Shown: positions 18,618 through 28,362 of the stretch, one piece after another
Numbering within the stretch: position 1 is the first letter of the stretch
How the letters are laid out: every line of letters begins with the position of its first letter
NCBI GenBank assembly: GCA_965220125.1
Contig: CBDCPB010000004.1
Span: forward strand, 1,580,775-1,644,774
DNA: 64,000 nt
Source of the DNA: Dehalococcoidia bacterium
GTDB taxonomy: Bacteria; Chloroflexota; Dehalococcoidia; UBA2979
Direction of reading: 5' to 3'
Notes under the pieces: generated by a model
The model's database searches: none
What the model was told of the DNA's origin: nothing
What the model saw: only the letters and a program-made list of their open reading frames with translations
Translations under genes and position numbers: made by a program

Positions 18618-21068
18618 ATGACGGGCGCCGTCGCCGGCCTGCGCGTTGTCGAGGTCGGCGGAGGCAAGGCCATCGCCTACGCGGGCAGGTTGCTGCGCGG
18701 CCTCGGCGCCACGGTGATCAAGATCGAGCCGCCCGAGGGCGGCACGCTGCGCCGGCACGGCCCCTTCCCCGGCGACCAGGCGAACCCTGAGCACAGCGGG
18801 CAGTTCATCTACCTCAACGGCGGCAAGGACGGGGCGCGCCTCGATCTGACGACCGAGGGCGGACGCGCCGCCCTCGAGGCGCTGCTCGCCGACGCCGACG
18901 TGCTGCTGCACTCCTTCCGCCCGCGGGAGGCGCAGACGCTGGGCCTCGACGACGAGCGGCTGCGGACGGCGCACCCGCGGCTCGTCGTCACGGCCGTGAC
19001 CACCTTCGGCCACAGCGGGCCCTACGCCGGCTGGAAGGGCGCCCCGCTGCTCGCCTACTGCGGCGCGGGCGTCGCCTACCGCATCGGCGACCCGGAGCGC
19101 GAGCCGCTGACCGCGCCGCTCGACGCGGCCGACGTGCAGCACGCCGGGGTGCAGGCGACGCTGGCGACGCTGCTCGCGCTGCATCACCGCGATCGCATCG
19201 GTCGCGGGCAGTTCGTCGACATCAGCGCGCTCGTGGCGGTGAACGTCGCCGTCTGGGGGCACGGCATCCCGCAGGCGATCTACCTCGGCAACCCGATCCC
19301 GCAGCGCAACGGGCCGGGGCTCAGCGGCGGCGTCTGGGGCGTCTACCCGGTCAAGGACGGCCACCTCGCGATGATGACGCAGGTGGGCCGCCACTGGACC
19401 GCGTTCGTCGACGGCCTCGGCAACCCCGAGTGGGCACAGGACGAACTGATCCGCAGCCTCGGCCAGCCGCACGTCCGCCGCAACCTCGATCCCGAGCAGG
19501 CGGAGCGGGTGCGGCGCGTCCTGCGCGAGGACATGGTCGCGCACTTCGCGCAGCTGACGAAGGCCGAGATCTGGGAGATCACGCGTCGCGAGCGCATCCC
19601 CTTCCAGCCCGTGCTCACGATCCCCGAGGTCTGCGAGTCCGACCACGCCGCCGAGCGCGGCCTGCTCGTCGAGGCGCCGGGCGATCACCCGCCGCTGCGC
19701 ACGCCGGGCGCGCCCTACCGCATGGCCCGGACGCCCTGGGCCGCGCCCGCCCCGCCGCCGCGCCTCGACGGGCCGAACGCCGAGGGCTGGCGCGAGCCGC
19801 CCTGGCCGCACGCGCGCGAGGACGCCTGGCGTCCGGCGAGCGCCTCGGACTTCCCCGGCGCCGCCGACCCGCGGAACGCCCCTCTGGCCGGGCTGCGCGT
19901 GCTCGATCTCGGCCAGGTCTGGGCGGGGCCGCTCGTCAGCCGCTACCTCGCCGACTACGGCGCGGACGTGATCAAGGTCCAGACCACGAAGCGCCCCTGG
20001 GGCTCCGGCGTGCCGGGCAGCTTCGACCCCTCCGAGCCAGTGGCCTGGGAGTGGATCCTGCGCAACCGCCGCTCGATCGCGCTCGACCTCAAGGAGCCCG
20101 AGGGCCTCAAGCTGTTCGAGCGCCTCTGCGGCGTCGTCGATGTGGTGGTCGACAACTACGCGCCGAGGGTGATGCGCTCGTTCGGCGTCGACTACGCGCG
20201 TCTGACGGCCGAGCACCCGCGGCTGATCATGATGGCGATGCCCTCGGCGGGCCTCGACGGGCCGTGGGCGAACCTCGTCAGCTACGGTCCCTCGCTGACC
20301 GGGCTGTTCGGGATGAAGAGCCTCAACGGCTACCCGGAGGACCGGTCGGTGATGGAGGAGGCCGCCGAGCTCGACCCGATCGCCTCCGCCTACGGGGCGC
20401 TCGCGGTCCTCGCCGCGCTCGCCTCGCGCTCTCGCACCGGGCGCGGCCAGTTCATCGAACTGGCGCAGGGCGAAGCGGGCTTCGCGGGCCTGGCCGAGGC
20501 GGTGATCGACTACACCTGGAACGGCCGCGACCTCGGGCCCGTCGGCAACTCCCACCGCTACCTCGCGCCGCACGGGATCTACCGCTGCGCGGGCGAGGAC
20601 CAGTGGATCGGCATCGCCTGCGAGACGGATGAGGAGTGGCGCGCCCTCGCGCACGCCGCCGGTCGCGAGGACTGGCTCGCGCGCGAGGACTTCGCGACGC
20701 GCGAAGGCCGCATCGCGGCACGCACGGCGCTCGACCGCGAGATCGGCGCCTGGACCGCCTCGCAGGACAAGCGCGAGCTGACCGAGGCCCTGCAAGCGGA
20801 GGGCATCGCCGCGTTCCCGGTCCTCGATGCTGCCGAGGTGATCGCGGACCCGCACCTCGCCGAGCGCCGCCGCCGCTTCGTGCTGCACGAGGACTACCCC
20901 GGCAGCGAGCTGCTCAACGGCAACCCGTGGAGCCTCTCCGAAGCCCCGCCACGGCTGCGCCTGCCCGCGCCCGTCTTCGGCGCGCACAACGTCGAGGTGC
21001 TCGGCGAGTACCTCGGCATGTCCGAGGCGGAGGTGCGGCGGCTCGAGGAGGCGGGGGTGCTCGAATAG
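18618..21068 (+). CDS. Family III CoA-transferase with two fused CaiB/BaiF domains
   Basis: Two 'LAGLRV...GA.VIK(I/V)' starts and two 'G.GQF(V/I)(D/E)' motifs. Confidence 0.9.
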   Translation: MTGAVAGLRVVEVGGGKAIAYAGRLLRGLGATVIKIEPPEGGTLRRHGPFPGDQANPEHSGQFIYLNGGKDGARLDLTTEGGRAALEALLADADVLLHSFRPREAQTLGLDDERLRTAHPRLVVTAVTTFGHSGPYAGWKGAPLLAYCGAGVAYRIGDPEREPLTAPLDAADVQHAGVQATLATLLALHHRDRIGRGQFVDISALVAVNVAVWGHGIPQAIYLGNPIPQRNGPGLSGGVWGVYPVKDGHLAMMTQVGRHWTAFVDGLGNPEWAQDELIRSLGQPHVRRNLDPEQAERVRRVLREDMVAHFAQLTKAEIWEITRRERIPFQPVLTIPEVCESDHAAERGLLVEAPGDHPPLRTPGAPYRMARTPWAAPAPPPRLDGPNAEGWREPPWPHAREDAWRPASASDFPGAADPRNAPLAGLRVLDLGQVWAGPLVSRYLADYGADVIKVQTTKRPWGSGVPGSFDPSEPVAWEWILRNRRSIALDLKEPEGLKLFERLCGVVDVVVDNYAPRVMRSFGVDYARLTAEHPRLIMMAMPSAGLDGPWANLVSYGPSLTGLFGMKSLNGYPEDRSVMEEAAELDPIASAYGALAVLAALASRSRTGRGQFIELAQGEAGFAGLAEAVIDYTWNGRDLGPVGNSHRYLAPHGIYRCAGEDQWIGIACETDEEWRALAHAAGREDWLAREDFATREGRIAARTALDREIGAWTASQDKRELTEALQAEGIAAFPVLDAAEVIADPHLAERRRRFVLHEDYPGSELLNGNPWSLSEAPPRLRLPAPVFGAHNVEVLGEYLGMSEAEVRRLEEAGVLE

Positions 21069-21130
21069 CCGGCGAGCCGCCCGCGGCCGCGCCGCTCTGG
21101 CGCAACGACCCCGCGCTGCCGCTGCCGTAC

Positions 21131-22663
21131 GTGCTGGCGGAGCCGCCGGGCGAGCCACGCGAGGGCGGCGTGCTGCGCATCGGCTGGCACCAGGATCTCG
21201 TCTCGTTCGACCCGACGTTCTCGACGAGCGCGGGCACGCTGATGTTACCCAACCTGGTCGCGAACCGGCTGCTGCGCTTCGCGGGCGGGGCCGCCTTCGA
21301 CCCCTTCGAGCGACGCCTCGAACCGGAGCTGGCGCGCTCCTGGGAGCGCTCGCCGGACGGGCTGACCTACACCTTCCACCTCACGGACGAGGCGCGCTGG
21401 CAGGACGTGCCGCCGCTCGACGGCCGCCCGCTTGTCGCCGAGGACGCGCGCTGGGCGATCGAGCGCTACGCGCGCGAGGGCGCGCACCGCGGCTACCTCG
21501 CGGCGATGGCGCGCTGCGAGGCGCTCGACGAGCACACGCTCGCGCTCACGCTGCGCCGCCCGCAGGCCGACTTCGACCTGCCGCTCGGCAGCCGCTCGTT
21601 CTCGATCTACCCGCGCGAGCTGCACGAGAGCGGCGCGCTCGAGGCGATGCGTGGCCTCGCCGGCAGCGGCCCGCTGATCCTCGAGCAGGCCACGCCCGGC
21701 AGCCGCCTGCGGCTGCGTCGCAACCCGGCGTACTGGGAGGGGCCGGTCCACCTCGACGGCCTCGACGTGGAGATCGAGCCGGACCCGGCGCGACGCCGCG
21801 AGGGGTTCCGCGCGGGCGAGTTCGACTACGTCAGCAACCCGCTGGAGCGGCTGAGCGAGGCGCACGCGCTGATCGAGGAGCGGCCCGGGACGCGGATGCA
21901 CCTCGTGCCCGCCTTCAGCTCGCAGTGGGGCATCGCGCTCGACCTCGCCGACCCGCGCTTCGCCGACGAGCGCGTGCGCCAGGCGCTGATGCTGGCGATC
22001 GACCGCAACGCGCTGGCCGAGGAGCTGCACGAGGGCCTCGCGAAGGTGCTGCCGAGCACGCCCTGGGTCTATCTCTTCGACCGCGAGCCGGAGGGCGAGG
22101 CGCTGGGCCCGTGGCTGCGCCACGACCCGCGGGAGGCGCAGCGCATGCTCGAGGCCGCGGACGCCCTCCCGCTCGCCTTCGAGCTGCGCTACCGCAACTA
22201 CCACGACGTCACGAACCGCCGCGCCAACGAGCGGATCGCGGAGCAGTTCGCCGCCCTCGGCGTGACGATGACGCTGCATGAGCTGGACATGACCGCGTTC
22301 AACCGCAGCTGGAGCGGGAACGACTACGGCGCGGCCGCCGACGGCTACGCGCCGGCCGGCTTCACGACCGACGCCTACTTCCACGACTCGCTGGTCACGG
22401 GCGGCGCGCTCAACCGCTGGGGCATCAGCGACCCGCAGATCGACGGCTGGGCGGAACGCCAGTCGCGCGAGCTGGACCCCGCGGCGCGCCGCGAGCTGCT
22501 GCGCCGCATCTGGGACCGCGTGCTGGAGCGCGCCTACCGCGTCGAGAAGGTGGGCGCGCTGCGCTTCGAGGTCTACCAGCCGTGGCTGCGCAACCTGCGG
22601 CTCTACGACGCCACCGGCGACCTCGGCCTGCAGATCGCCCGCGTCTGGCTCGACCGCGATTAG
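21131..22663 (+). CDS. ABC transporter substrate-binding protein, family 5 (start uncertain; possibly ATA at 21065)
   Basis: PELARSWERSPDGLTYTFHL, GSGP, RNPAYW, DERVRQALMLAIDR; no signal peptide seen. Confidence 0.8.
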   Translation: MLAEPPGEPREGGVLRIGWHQDLVSFDPTFSTSAGTLMLPNLVANRLLRFAGGAAFDPFERRLEPELARSWERSPDGLTYTFHLTDEARWQDVPPLDGRPLVAEDARWAIERYAREGAHRGYLAAMARCEALDEHTLALTLRRPQADFDLPLGSRSFSIYPRELHESGALEAMRGLAGSGPLILEQATPGSRLRLRRNPAYWEGPVHLDGLDVEIEPDPARRREGFRAGEFDYVSNPLERLSEAHALIEERPGTRMHLVPAFSSQWGIALDLADPRFADERVRQALMLAIDRNALAEELHEGLAKVLPSTPWVYLFDREPEGEALGPWLRHDPREAQRMLEAADALPLAFELRYRNYHDVTNRRANERIAEQFAALGVTMTLHELDMTAFNRSWSGNDYGAAADGYAPAGFTTDAYFHDSLVTGGALNRWGISDPQIDGWAERQSRELDPAARRELLRRIWDRVLERAYRVEKVGALRFEVYQPWLRNLRLYDATGDLGLQIARVWLDRD

Positions 22664-22664
22664 C

Positions 22665-23416
22665 CGTGGGGGGCTGCGCCCCCCACACCCCCATCCCGGA
22701 CGAGCACGCGCTGCGCGCGGCTCGGACCCACCCACCCGCCCCGGATTTCTTTTCCTGTGGTGGGCTTCGCCCCCCACGCCCCCTCGGCTCCGCCGCCTCC
22801 GTCATTCCGCCCCCCCTTCCCGTCATTCCGGCGAAAGCCGGAATCCAGCCGGGGCATCGGCGGGGCGCGCCCCCCTCCCCCTGGCCGAGGGCGAGGGCGA
22901 GGGCCGAGGATGAGGGCGGAGGGTGGGGGGAGCGGGCGACAGCCCGCCACGCTACTCCGAGGAGCAGCGGAGCCTCGTTGCCAGGCGCGCGTCTGCTGTG
23001 GGGGGCTGCGCCCCCCACGCCCCCTCGGCTCCGCCGCCTCCGTCATTCCGCCCCCCCTTCCCGTCATTCCGGCGAAAGCCGGAATCCAGCCGGGGCATCG
23101 GCGGGGCGCGCCCCCTCCCCCTGGCCGAGGGCGAGGGCCGAGGATGAGGGCGGAGGGTGGGGGGAGCGGGCGACAGCCCGCCACGCTACTCCGAGGAGCA
23201 GCGGAGCCTCGTTGCCAGGCGCGCGTCTGCTGTGGGGGGCTGCGCCCCCCACACACCCTCGGCTCCGCCGCCTCCGTCATTCCGGCTCCCCCTTCCCGTC
23301 ATTCCGGCGAAAGCCGGAATCCAGCCGGGGCATCGGCGGGGCGCGCCCCCCTCCCCCTGGCCGAGGGCGAGGGCGAGGGCGGTGGGGGTGGGGGGAGCGG
23401 GCGACAGCCCGCCACT
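22665..23416. repeat. Tandem array of three ~235-240 bp units built from several REP-like palindromes
   Basis: Units start at ~22755, 22996 and 23230; each has CGTCATTCCGGCGAAAGCCGGAATCC, a GGGGGCTGCGCCCCCC-type palindrome and GCGGGCGACAGCCCGC; third unit truncated. Confidence 0.92.
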
Positions 23417-23444
23417 CCGGTACGCGGCGGGCGGAGCCGCAGGG

Positions 23445-24332
23445 CTACCGCGAGTGGGGCGCGATGCCCGTGACCGCCGTCTCCACGCGGTAGATCGAGG
23501 TGTTCGCCGTGAGGTAGAGCGTCGACCAGTCCGGGCCACCGAAGGCGAGGTTGGCGGCGTGCTCGGCGGTCTCGAAGACGCCGAGCAGCTCGCCCTCGGG
23601 CGTGAGCACCCAGACGCCGCCGGCGCCCGTGGTCCAGAGCCGCCCGTCCGTGTCCACCTTCATCCCGTCCGGGACGCCGCGGCGCTCGTCGTGCTCCATG
23701 TCCGCGAAGAGCGTGCGATCGCCGAGGCCGCCGTCGGCGTTGACCTCGTAGCGCCAGACCTGGCGCGCCGCGCTCGAGTCCGCGATGTAGAGCAGCGACT
23801 CGTCGGGCGAGAAAGTCAGCCCGTTCGGCTTGGCGATGCCGTCCTCGACGACGCTCACCGATCCGTCCGGCGCGACGCGGTAGACGCCCTGGAAGTCCAG
23901 TTCGCGGACGGCGTCCGGGTGACGGTTGTAGCCGTAGTCCGGGTCCGTGAAGTACACCGCGCCGGAGCTGTGCACGACGATGTCGTTCGGGCTGTGCAGG
24001 CGCTTGCCCTCGAAGGAGTCGATCAGCGTCTCGGTCCCGCCCCCGTAGGCCGTCTTCGCGATGCGGCGGCCGAGGTGCTCGCAGGTGAGCACGTTGCCGT
24101 CGAGGTCGAGCGTGTTGCCGTTGCCGTGGTTGCTGGGCTCGCGGAAGACCTCGGCGGTCTCGCTGCCCGGCCGCCAGCGCTGGGTGCGGTTGGACTGGAT
24201 ATCGCTGAACACGAGGCAGTTGTCGGAGGCGATCCAGACCGGGCCCTCCGTGAAGATGAAGCCGGTGCAGACGCGCTCCTCCTCGTGCGAAACGAGCAGC
24301 GCCGAAAGCCCGTTGTCCTGCTGGATGTCCAT
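23445..24332 (-). CDS. SMP-30/gluconolactonase family protein
   Basis: FTEGPVW, SPNDIVV, YFTDP, PNGLTFSPD, PDGMKVD. Confidence 0.92.
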   Translation of the reverse strand: MDIQQDNGLSALLVSHEEERVCTGFIFTEGPVWIASDNCLVFSDIQSNRTQRWRPGSETAEVFREPSNHGNGNTLDLDGNVLTCEHLGRRIAKTAYGGGTETLIDSFEGKRLHSPNDIVVHSSGAVYFTDPDYGYNRHPDAVRELDFQGVYRVAPDGSVSVVEDGIAKPNGLTFSPDESLLYIADSSAARQVWRYEVNADGGLGDRTLFADMEHDERRGVPDGMKVDTDGRLWTTGAGGVWVLTPEGELLGVFETAEHAANLAFGGPDWSTLYLTANTSIYRVETAVTGIAPHSR

Positions 24333-24362
24333 CGTCTGCCTCCTTCGACGTTCGCGGCGTCT

Positions 24363-25205
24363 CTAGATCTGCGCGTAGCCCGAGCCGGGCTCGTCCGCCA
24401 TGTGTCCTCGAGGGTTCTCGAGCCGCCCGTACTCGGCGAGCAGCTGCTGGCTGTAGCAGACCCGCCCGGCGACCTGCTCGACGGGCTCGGTCGCGAGCAG
24501 CACGACGCAGTCCGCCATGTAGCTCCCCGGCTCCGAGTCGGGGTGGCCCTCGCTGATCACGTTGTGCAGCACCGTGCCGGGCGTGGCGACCGGCAGCGAG
24601 GGCGCGACGGCGGAGACAGCGACGCCGAAGCGCGTCACCTCCTGCGCCAGGCCCTGCGTGAAGCGCTCCAGCGCGGCCTTCGTCGATCCGTACTCGACGC
24701 GGCCCTTCGGCGGCGGACCGGGGTAGGGCGCGCGGCCCGGCCCGATCGCCGAGCCGGACGAGATGTTGACGATCGCCCCGCCGCCGCGCTCGATCATCGA
24801 GGGCAGCACGGCCTGGCTGAGCAGGAACGGCGCGTGGACGTTGACCTGGAAGGCGCGCAGCCAGCGGTGCAGCGGGTAGTCGACGAGCTGCGTGAAGTAG
24901 GTCAGCACGGCGTTGTTGACCAGCACGTCGATCGGCCCGTAGGCCTCGACGGCCCGCTCGGCGAGGCTCAGGCACTCGTCCGGGTCGGAGAGGTTCGCGG
25001 TCAGCGCGGTCGCCTCGCCGCCCGCGTCGCGGATGTTGCCGACGGTGCGTTCGAGGGAGCCCTCGAGCATGTGGTCGCCCTCGCTGAGCGTGCGGGCGGC
25101 GCAGGCGATGCGCCCGCCCTCGGCGCCGAGCCGCTCGGCGATCGTCTGGCCGATGCCGCGGCTTGCCCCGGTCACGAGCACGCTCTTGCCGTCGAGCAGA
25201 CCCAC
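24363..25205 (-). CDS. Short-chain dehydrogenase/reductase
   Basis: TGASRGIG, VLVNNA, NISS, YGSTK. Confidence 0.9.
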   Translation of the reverse strand: MGLLDGKSVLVTGASRGIGQTIAERLGAEGGRIACAARTLSEGDHMLEGSLERTVGNIRDAGGEATALTANLSDPDECLSLAERAVEAYGPIDVLVNNAVLTYFTQLVDYPLHRWLRAFQVNVHAPFLLSQAVLPSMIERGGGAIVNISSGSAIGPGRAPYPGPPPKGRVEYGSTKAALERFTQGLAQEVTRFGVAVSAVAPSLPVATPGTVLHNVISEGHPDSEPGSYMADCVVLLATEPVEQVAGRVCYSQQLLAEYGRLENPRGHMADEPGSGYAQI

Positions 25206-25226
25206 GCTGTCCTCCTTACGGATGTC

Positions 25227-26000
25227 CTACGGATGCCGCGCGAGGAAGTCCGCGACGGCGGCGTTGAAGCCCTCGGGATTCTCAAAGTAGACGGAGTGCC
25301 CGCAGTCGGCGAACTCGCGGAACTCGGAGCCGGGAATCGCCTCGTGCAGCTCGCGCATCGTCGCGGGCGGCGTCAGCGGATCGTCGCTGCCGACGATCAG
25401 CAGCGTCGGCACGCCGAAGCGGTCGAGGTCGGCGCGCGTGGCCGGGCCTCGAGCGACGGTGCGCGCGGTCGCGGCGGCGTCGGGCGGGTTGAGGCCGGAG
25501 ATCTGGCGGTAGAGGAACGTGCGCTCCCGGTCGCGCTGCTGGAACTTCTCGCCCAGCGCCGCCACCACGAGCGGCCCCTGCGCGAGCCCGATCGCGGCCC
25601 GCTGCTCCTGGAGGCGCGCGTTGAACTCGGGCCAGTCGACCGCGGCCGAGGTGTCGCCCAGCACGAGCGCGCTCACGCGCTGCGGATGGCGCACCGCGAA
25701 GCCGAGCGCCGTCCGCCCCCCCATCGACTGCGAGACGAGCGCCGTGCGCTCGATGCCGAGCGTGTCGAGCAGCGCCTCGAGGTCATCGACGAAGCGCGCC
25801 GCGCTCTCGCCCGCCGGGTCGGTCGAGCGGCCGAAGCCGCGGTGGTCGATGGAGATGCAGCGGGAGCGGTCGCGGAAGGCGGGCAGCTGCTGCCACCAGG
25901 AGATGTGGTTGCCCGCCGCGCCGTGGAGGAAGACGAGGCCGGGGCCCTCGCCCTGCTCCTCGTAGACCAGTTCGATGCCGTTGATCTCCGCTACAGGCAC
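25227..26000 (-). CDS. Alpha/beta hydrolase
   Basis: FLHG, DHRGFGRS, SQSMGG nucleophile elbow, GSDD, GHS. Confidence 0.88.
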   Translation of the reverse strand: MPVAEINGIELVYEEQGEGPGLVFLHGAAGNHISWWQQLPAFRDRSRCISIDHRGFGRSTDPAGESAARFVDDLEALLDTLGIERTALVSQSMGGRTALGFAVRHPQRVSALVLGDTSAAVDWPEFNARLQEQRAAIGLAQGPLVVAALGEKFQQRDRERTFLYRQISGLNPPDAAATARTVARGPATRADLDRFGVPTLLIVGSDDPLTPPATMRELHEAIPGSEFREFADCGHSVYFENPEGFNAAVADFLARHP

Positions 26001-26098
26001 GCGCTTATCCGTTCCGCAGGTCCACGGATGGGCTCCGTGTGTCCGGTCGCGGATGATACACGCGAGACCGGCGGGACGACCGGCAAGCCGACCGGCGC

Positions 26099-27007
26099 CT
26101 ACCCCGCGTGGTAGGCGTCGTGGAAGGCGCGCAGCGCCTCGAGGTGCTCGTCGAGCTCCTCCATGCCGGCGCGGGTGGTGCGCAGCGCCAGGTGCGTCGC
26201 CCCGCGCGCCTCCCACTGGCGCGCCAGCGTGACCTGCTGCTCCAGCGTGTTCCCCACCACGTCGATCGCCGCGCCGAGGTCGATCTCCGAGGGGTCACGG
26301 CCGACCGAGCGCGCGGCCGAATGCACCGCCTCCAGCCGCTCCGCGAAGTGGGCGTCGGCGTCCTCGGGCGAGAGTTCGGTGTAGAAGGTGCGCTGGATGC
26401 TCCAGCCATCGCAGACGCGCCCGATGCGGTCGAGCACCGGCTCGCTCATGCCGCCGGCCCAGATCGGGATCGATGCGGTCGGGCGCGGGTTGAGGCCTCC
26501 GCTCTGGATGCGGTGGAAGCGGCCCTCGTAGTCGACGAGCGGCTCGGTCCAGAGCCGGCGCATCAGATCGATCTGCTCCTCGGCGCGCCGTCCGCGCGTG
26601 CGGAAGTCCTCGTTCATCGCCTCGAACTCCAGCCCGCTCCAGCCCACGCCGATGCCGAGGATGAGGCGTCCGCCGGAGAGCACGTCGACCTCGGCGGCCT
26701 GCTTGGCGACGAGGGCGGTCTGGCGGATCGGGAGCACCATCACGCTGGGCATGAACTTGATGCGCTCGGTGACCGCGGCGAAGTAGCCGAAGAGCACGAG
26801 CGGCTCGTGCCAGACCCAGTCGGGGGTGTAGGGGCGGGGCTCCTCGCGCGTCTGCGGCGCCTGCGTCGAGGCGTCGTGGCTGAGGATGTGCTCGCCCATG
26901 ATCAGGTAGTCGTAGCCGATTGCCTCGGCGCCGACCACGTAGTCGCGCAGTGCGGGCACGTTGTCGCCGAACTCGTTCTGCGGAAGGTGCGCGCCAAGCT
27001 GCAGCAT
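26099..27007 (-). CDS. LLM-class F420-dependent oxidoreductase
   Basis: HEPLVLFGY.AA.T, RQTALVAKQAAEVD.LSGGRL.LG.G.GW. Confidence 0.9.
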   Translation of the reverse strand: MLQLGAHLPQNEFGDNVPALRDYVVGAEAIGYDYLIMGEHILSHDASTQAPQTREEPRPYTPDWVWHEPLVLFGYFAAVTERIKFMPSVMVLPIRQTALVAKQAAEVDVLSGGRLILGIGVGWSGLEFEAMNEDFRTRGRRAEEQIDLMRRLWTEPLVDYEGRFHRIQSGGLNPRPTASIPIWAGGMSEPVLDRIGRVCDGWSIQRTFYTELSPEDADAHFAERLEAVHSAARSVGRDPSEIDLGAAIDVVGNTLEQQVTLARQWEARGATHLALRTTRAGMEELDEHLEALRAFHDAYHAG

Positions 27008-27116
27008 CGTCTCGCCTCCGTCCTTGCCTGCCCTCGCGGGCCTGCGTGTCGGGGCCGATGGTAGCGGCGGCGCAGGCTACAATGCGCGCGCGAGCCAGAT
27101 TCGGAAGGCGGGCGGC

Positions 27117-28349
27117 ATGACCTACCGGCCGGAACACATGAAGTTCGGCATCTTCCTCGCCCCCTTCCACCGGGTCGGGGAGAACCTCACGCTCGCGCTG
27201 CAGCGCAACCTGCGGCTGATCGATCACCTCGACGAACTCGGCTTCGACGAAGCCTGGATCGGCGAGCACCACAGCGGCGCGAGAGAGACGATCGCGGACC
27301 CCGTCGCCTTCATCGCGGCCGCCGCCGAGCGCACACGCCGCATCCGCCTCGGTACCGGCGTGCTCAGCCTGCCCTACCACCACCCGCTGATGGTCGCCGA
27401 CCGGATGCAGATGCTGGACCACCTCACCCACGGCCGCGCGATGCTCGGCGTCGGCCCCGGCGCGCTCACCTCGGACGCCTACATGATGGGCATCGACCCG
27501 ACCGAGCAGCGGCGCATGATGTACGAGTCGATCGAGGCGATCCTCGGGCTGCTGCGCGGCGTCGAGCCGGTCACGATGGAGACCGACTGGTTCACGCTGC
27601 GCGATGCGCGCCTGCAGATGCCCAACTTCACCCAGCCGCACCTCGAGGTGGCCGTCACCACCACCTTCACGCCCTCCGGCGCGACCGCCTCGGGTCGCTT
27701 CGGCATCGGCCTGCTCTCCGTCGCGGGCGCCAGCCACGACGGCTTCACGCGCACCTGGGGCTGGGTCGAGGAAGCCGCCGCCGAGCACGGCAACGAGGCC
27801 GACCGCGGCGGCTGGCGCGTGGTGCTGCCGATCCACATCGCGCCCACCCGCGAGCAGGCGATCGCCGAGGTCGAGGACGGTTACGGCCGCCGCGCCTACA
27901 TCGGCGACCTCGCCGAGGAGCACAAGAGCAAGGCGTTCGGCGAGGCCTTCGGCGCGACCGGTCTGGACGTCCGCGCGGCGATCGACGACGGCGGGCTCGC
28001 GATCGGCACGCCGGACGACGTGATCGAGCAGATCGAGGGCGTGCTGGAGCGATCGGGCGGCCTCGGCGGCATCCTCTGCCTCGCGCACGAGTGGGCGGAC
28101 ACGCAGGCGACGTTCCGCAGCTACGAGCTGCTCGCGCGCTACGTGATGCCGCACTTCCAGGGCCAGCTGCCGCGCGTGCTGCAGAGCCGCGACTGGTTCG
28201 AGGCGAGCTTCGAGCACGCCTTCGGCGGTGGCGGCGCGGCCACCCGCCGCGCCTTCGAGGACGCCGGCCAGGAGCTGCCCGAGGAGCTGTGGTCGCGCGC
28301 CGAGCGCTTCGAGCGCTCCGGCGCGAGCGCGGACGGCGGCTCGGCGTGA
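27117..28349 (+). CDS. LLM-class flavin-dependent monooxygenase (limonene monooxygenase-like)
   Basis: MKFGIFLAPFH, GFDEAWIGEHHS, LPYHHP, SYELLARYVMPHFQG. Confidence 0.9.
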   Translation: MTYRPEHMKFGIFLAPFHRVGENLTLALQRNLRLIDHLDELGFDEAWIGEHHSGARETIADPVAFIAAAAERTRRIRLGTGVLSLPYHHPLMVADRMQMLDHLTHGRAMLGVGPGALTSDAYMMGIDPTEQRRMMYESIEAILGLLRGVEPVTMETDWFTLRDARLQMPNFTQPHLEVAVTTTFTPSGATASGRFGIGLLSVAGASHDGFTRTWGWVEEAAAEHGNEADRGGWRVVLPIHIAPTREQAIAEVEDGYGRRAYIGDLAEEHKSKAFGEAFGATGLDVRAAIDDGGLAIGTPDDVIEQIEGVLERSGGLGGILCLAHEWADTQATFRSYELLARYVMPHFQGQLPRVLQSRDWFEASFEHAFGGGGAATRRAFEDAGQELPEELWSRAERFERSGASADGGSA

Positions 28350-28362
28350 GCGGCGCCGCCCG

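Noticed and set aside
22665-23416. CRISPR array
   Set aside because: Sequence between the palindromes is near-identical across units, the period is ~240 bp, and there are no cas genes
22425-23539. ORFs over the tandem repeat
   Set aside because: Repetitive low-complexity translations of palindromic DNA in several frames
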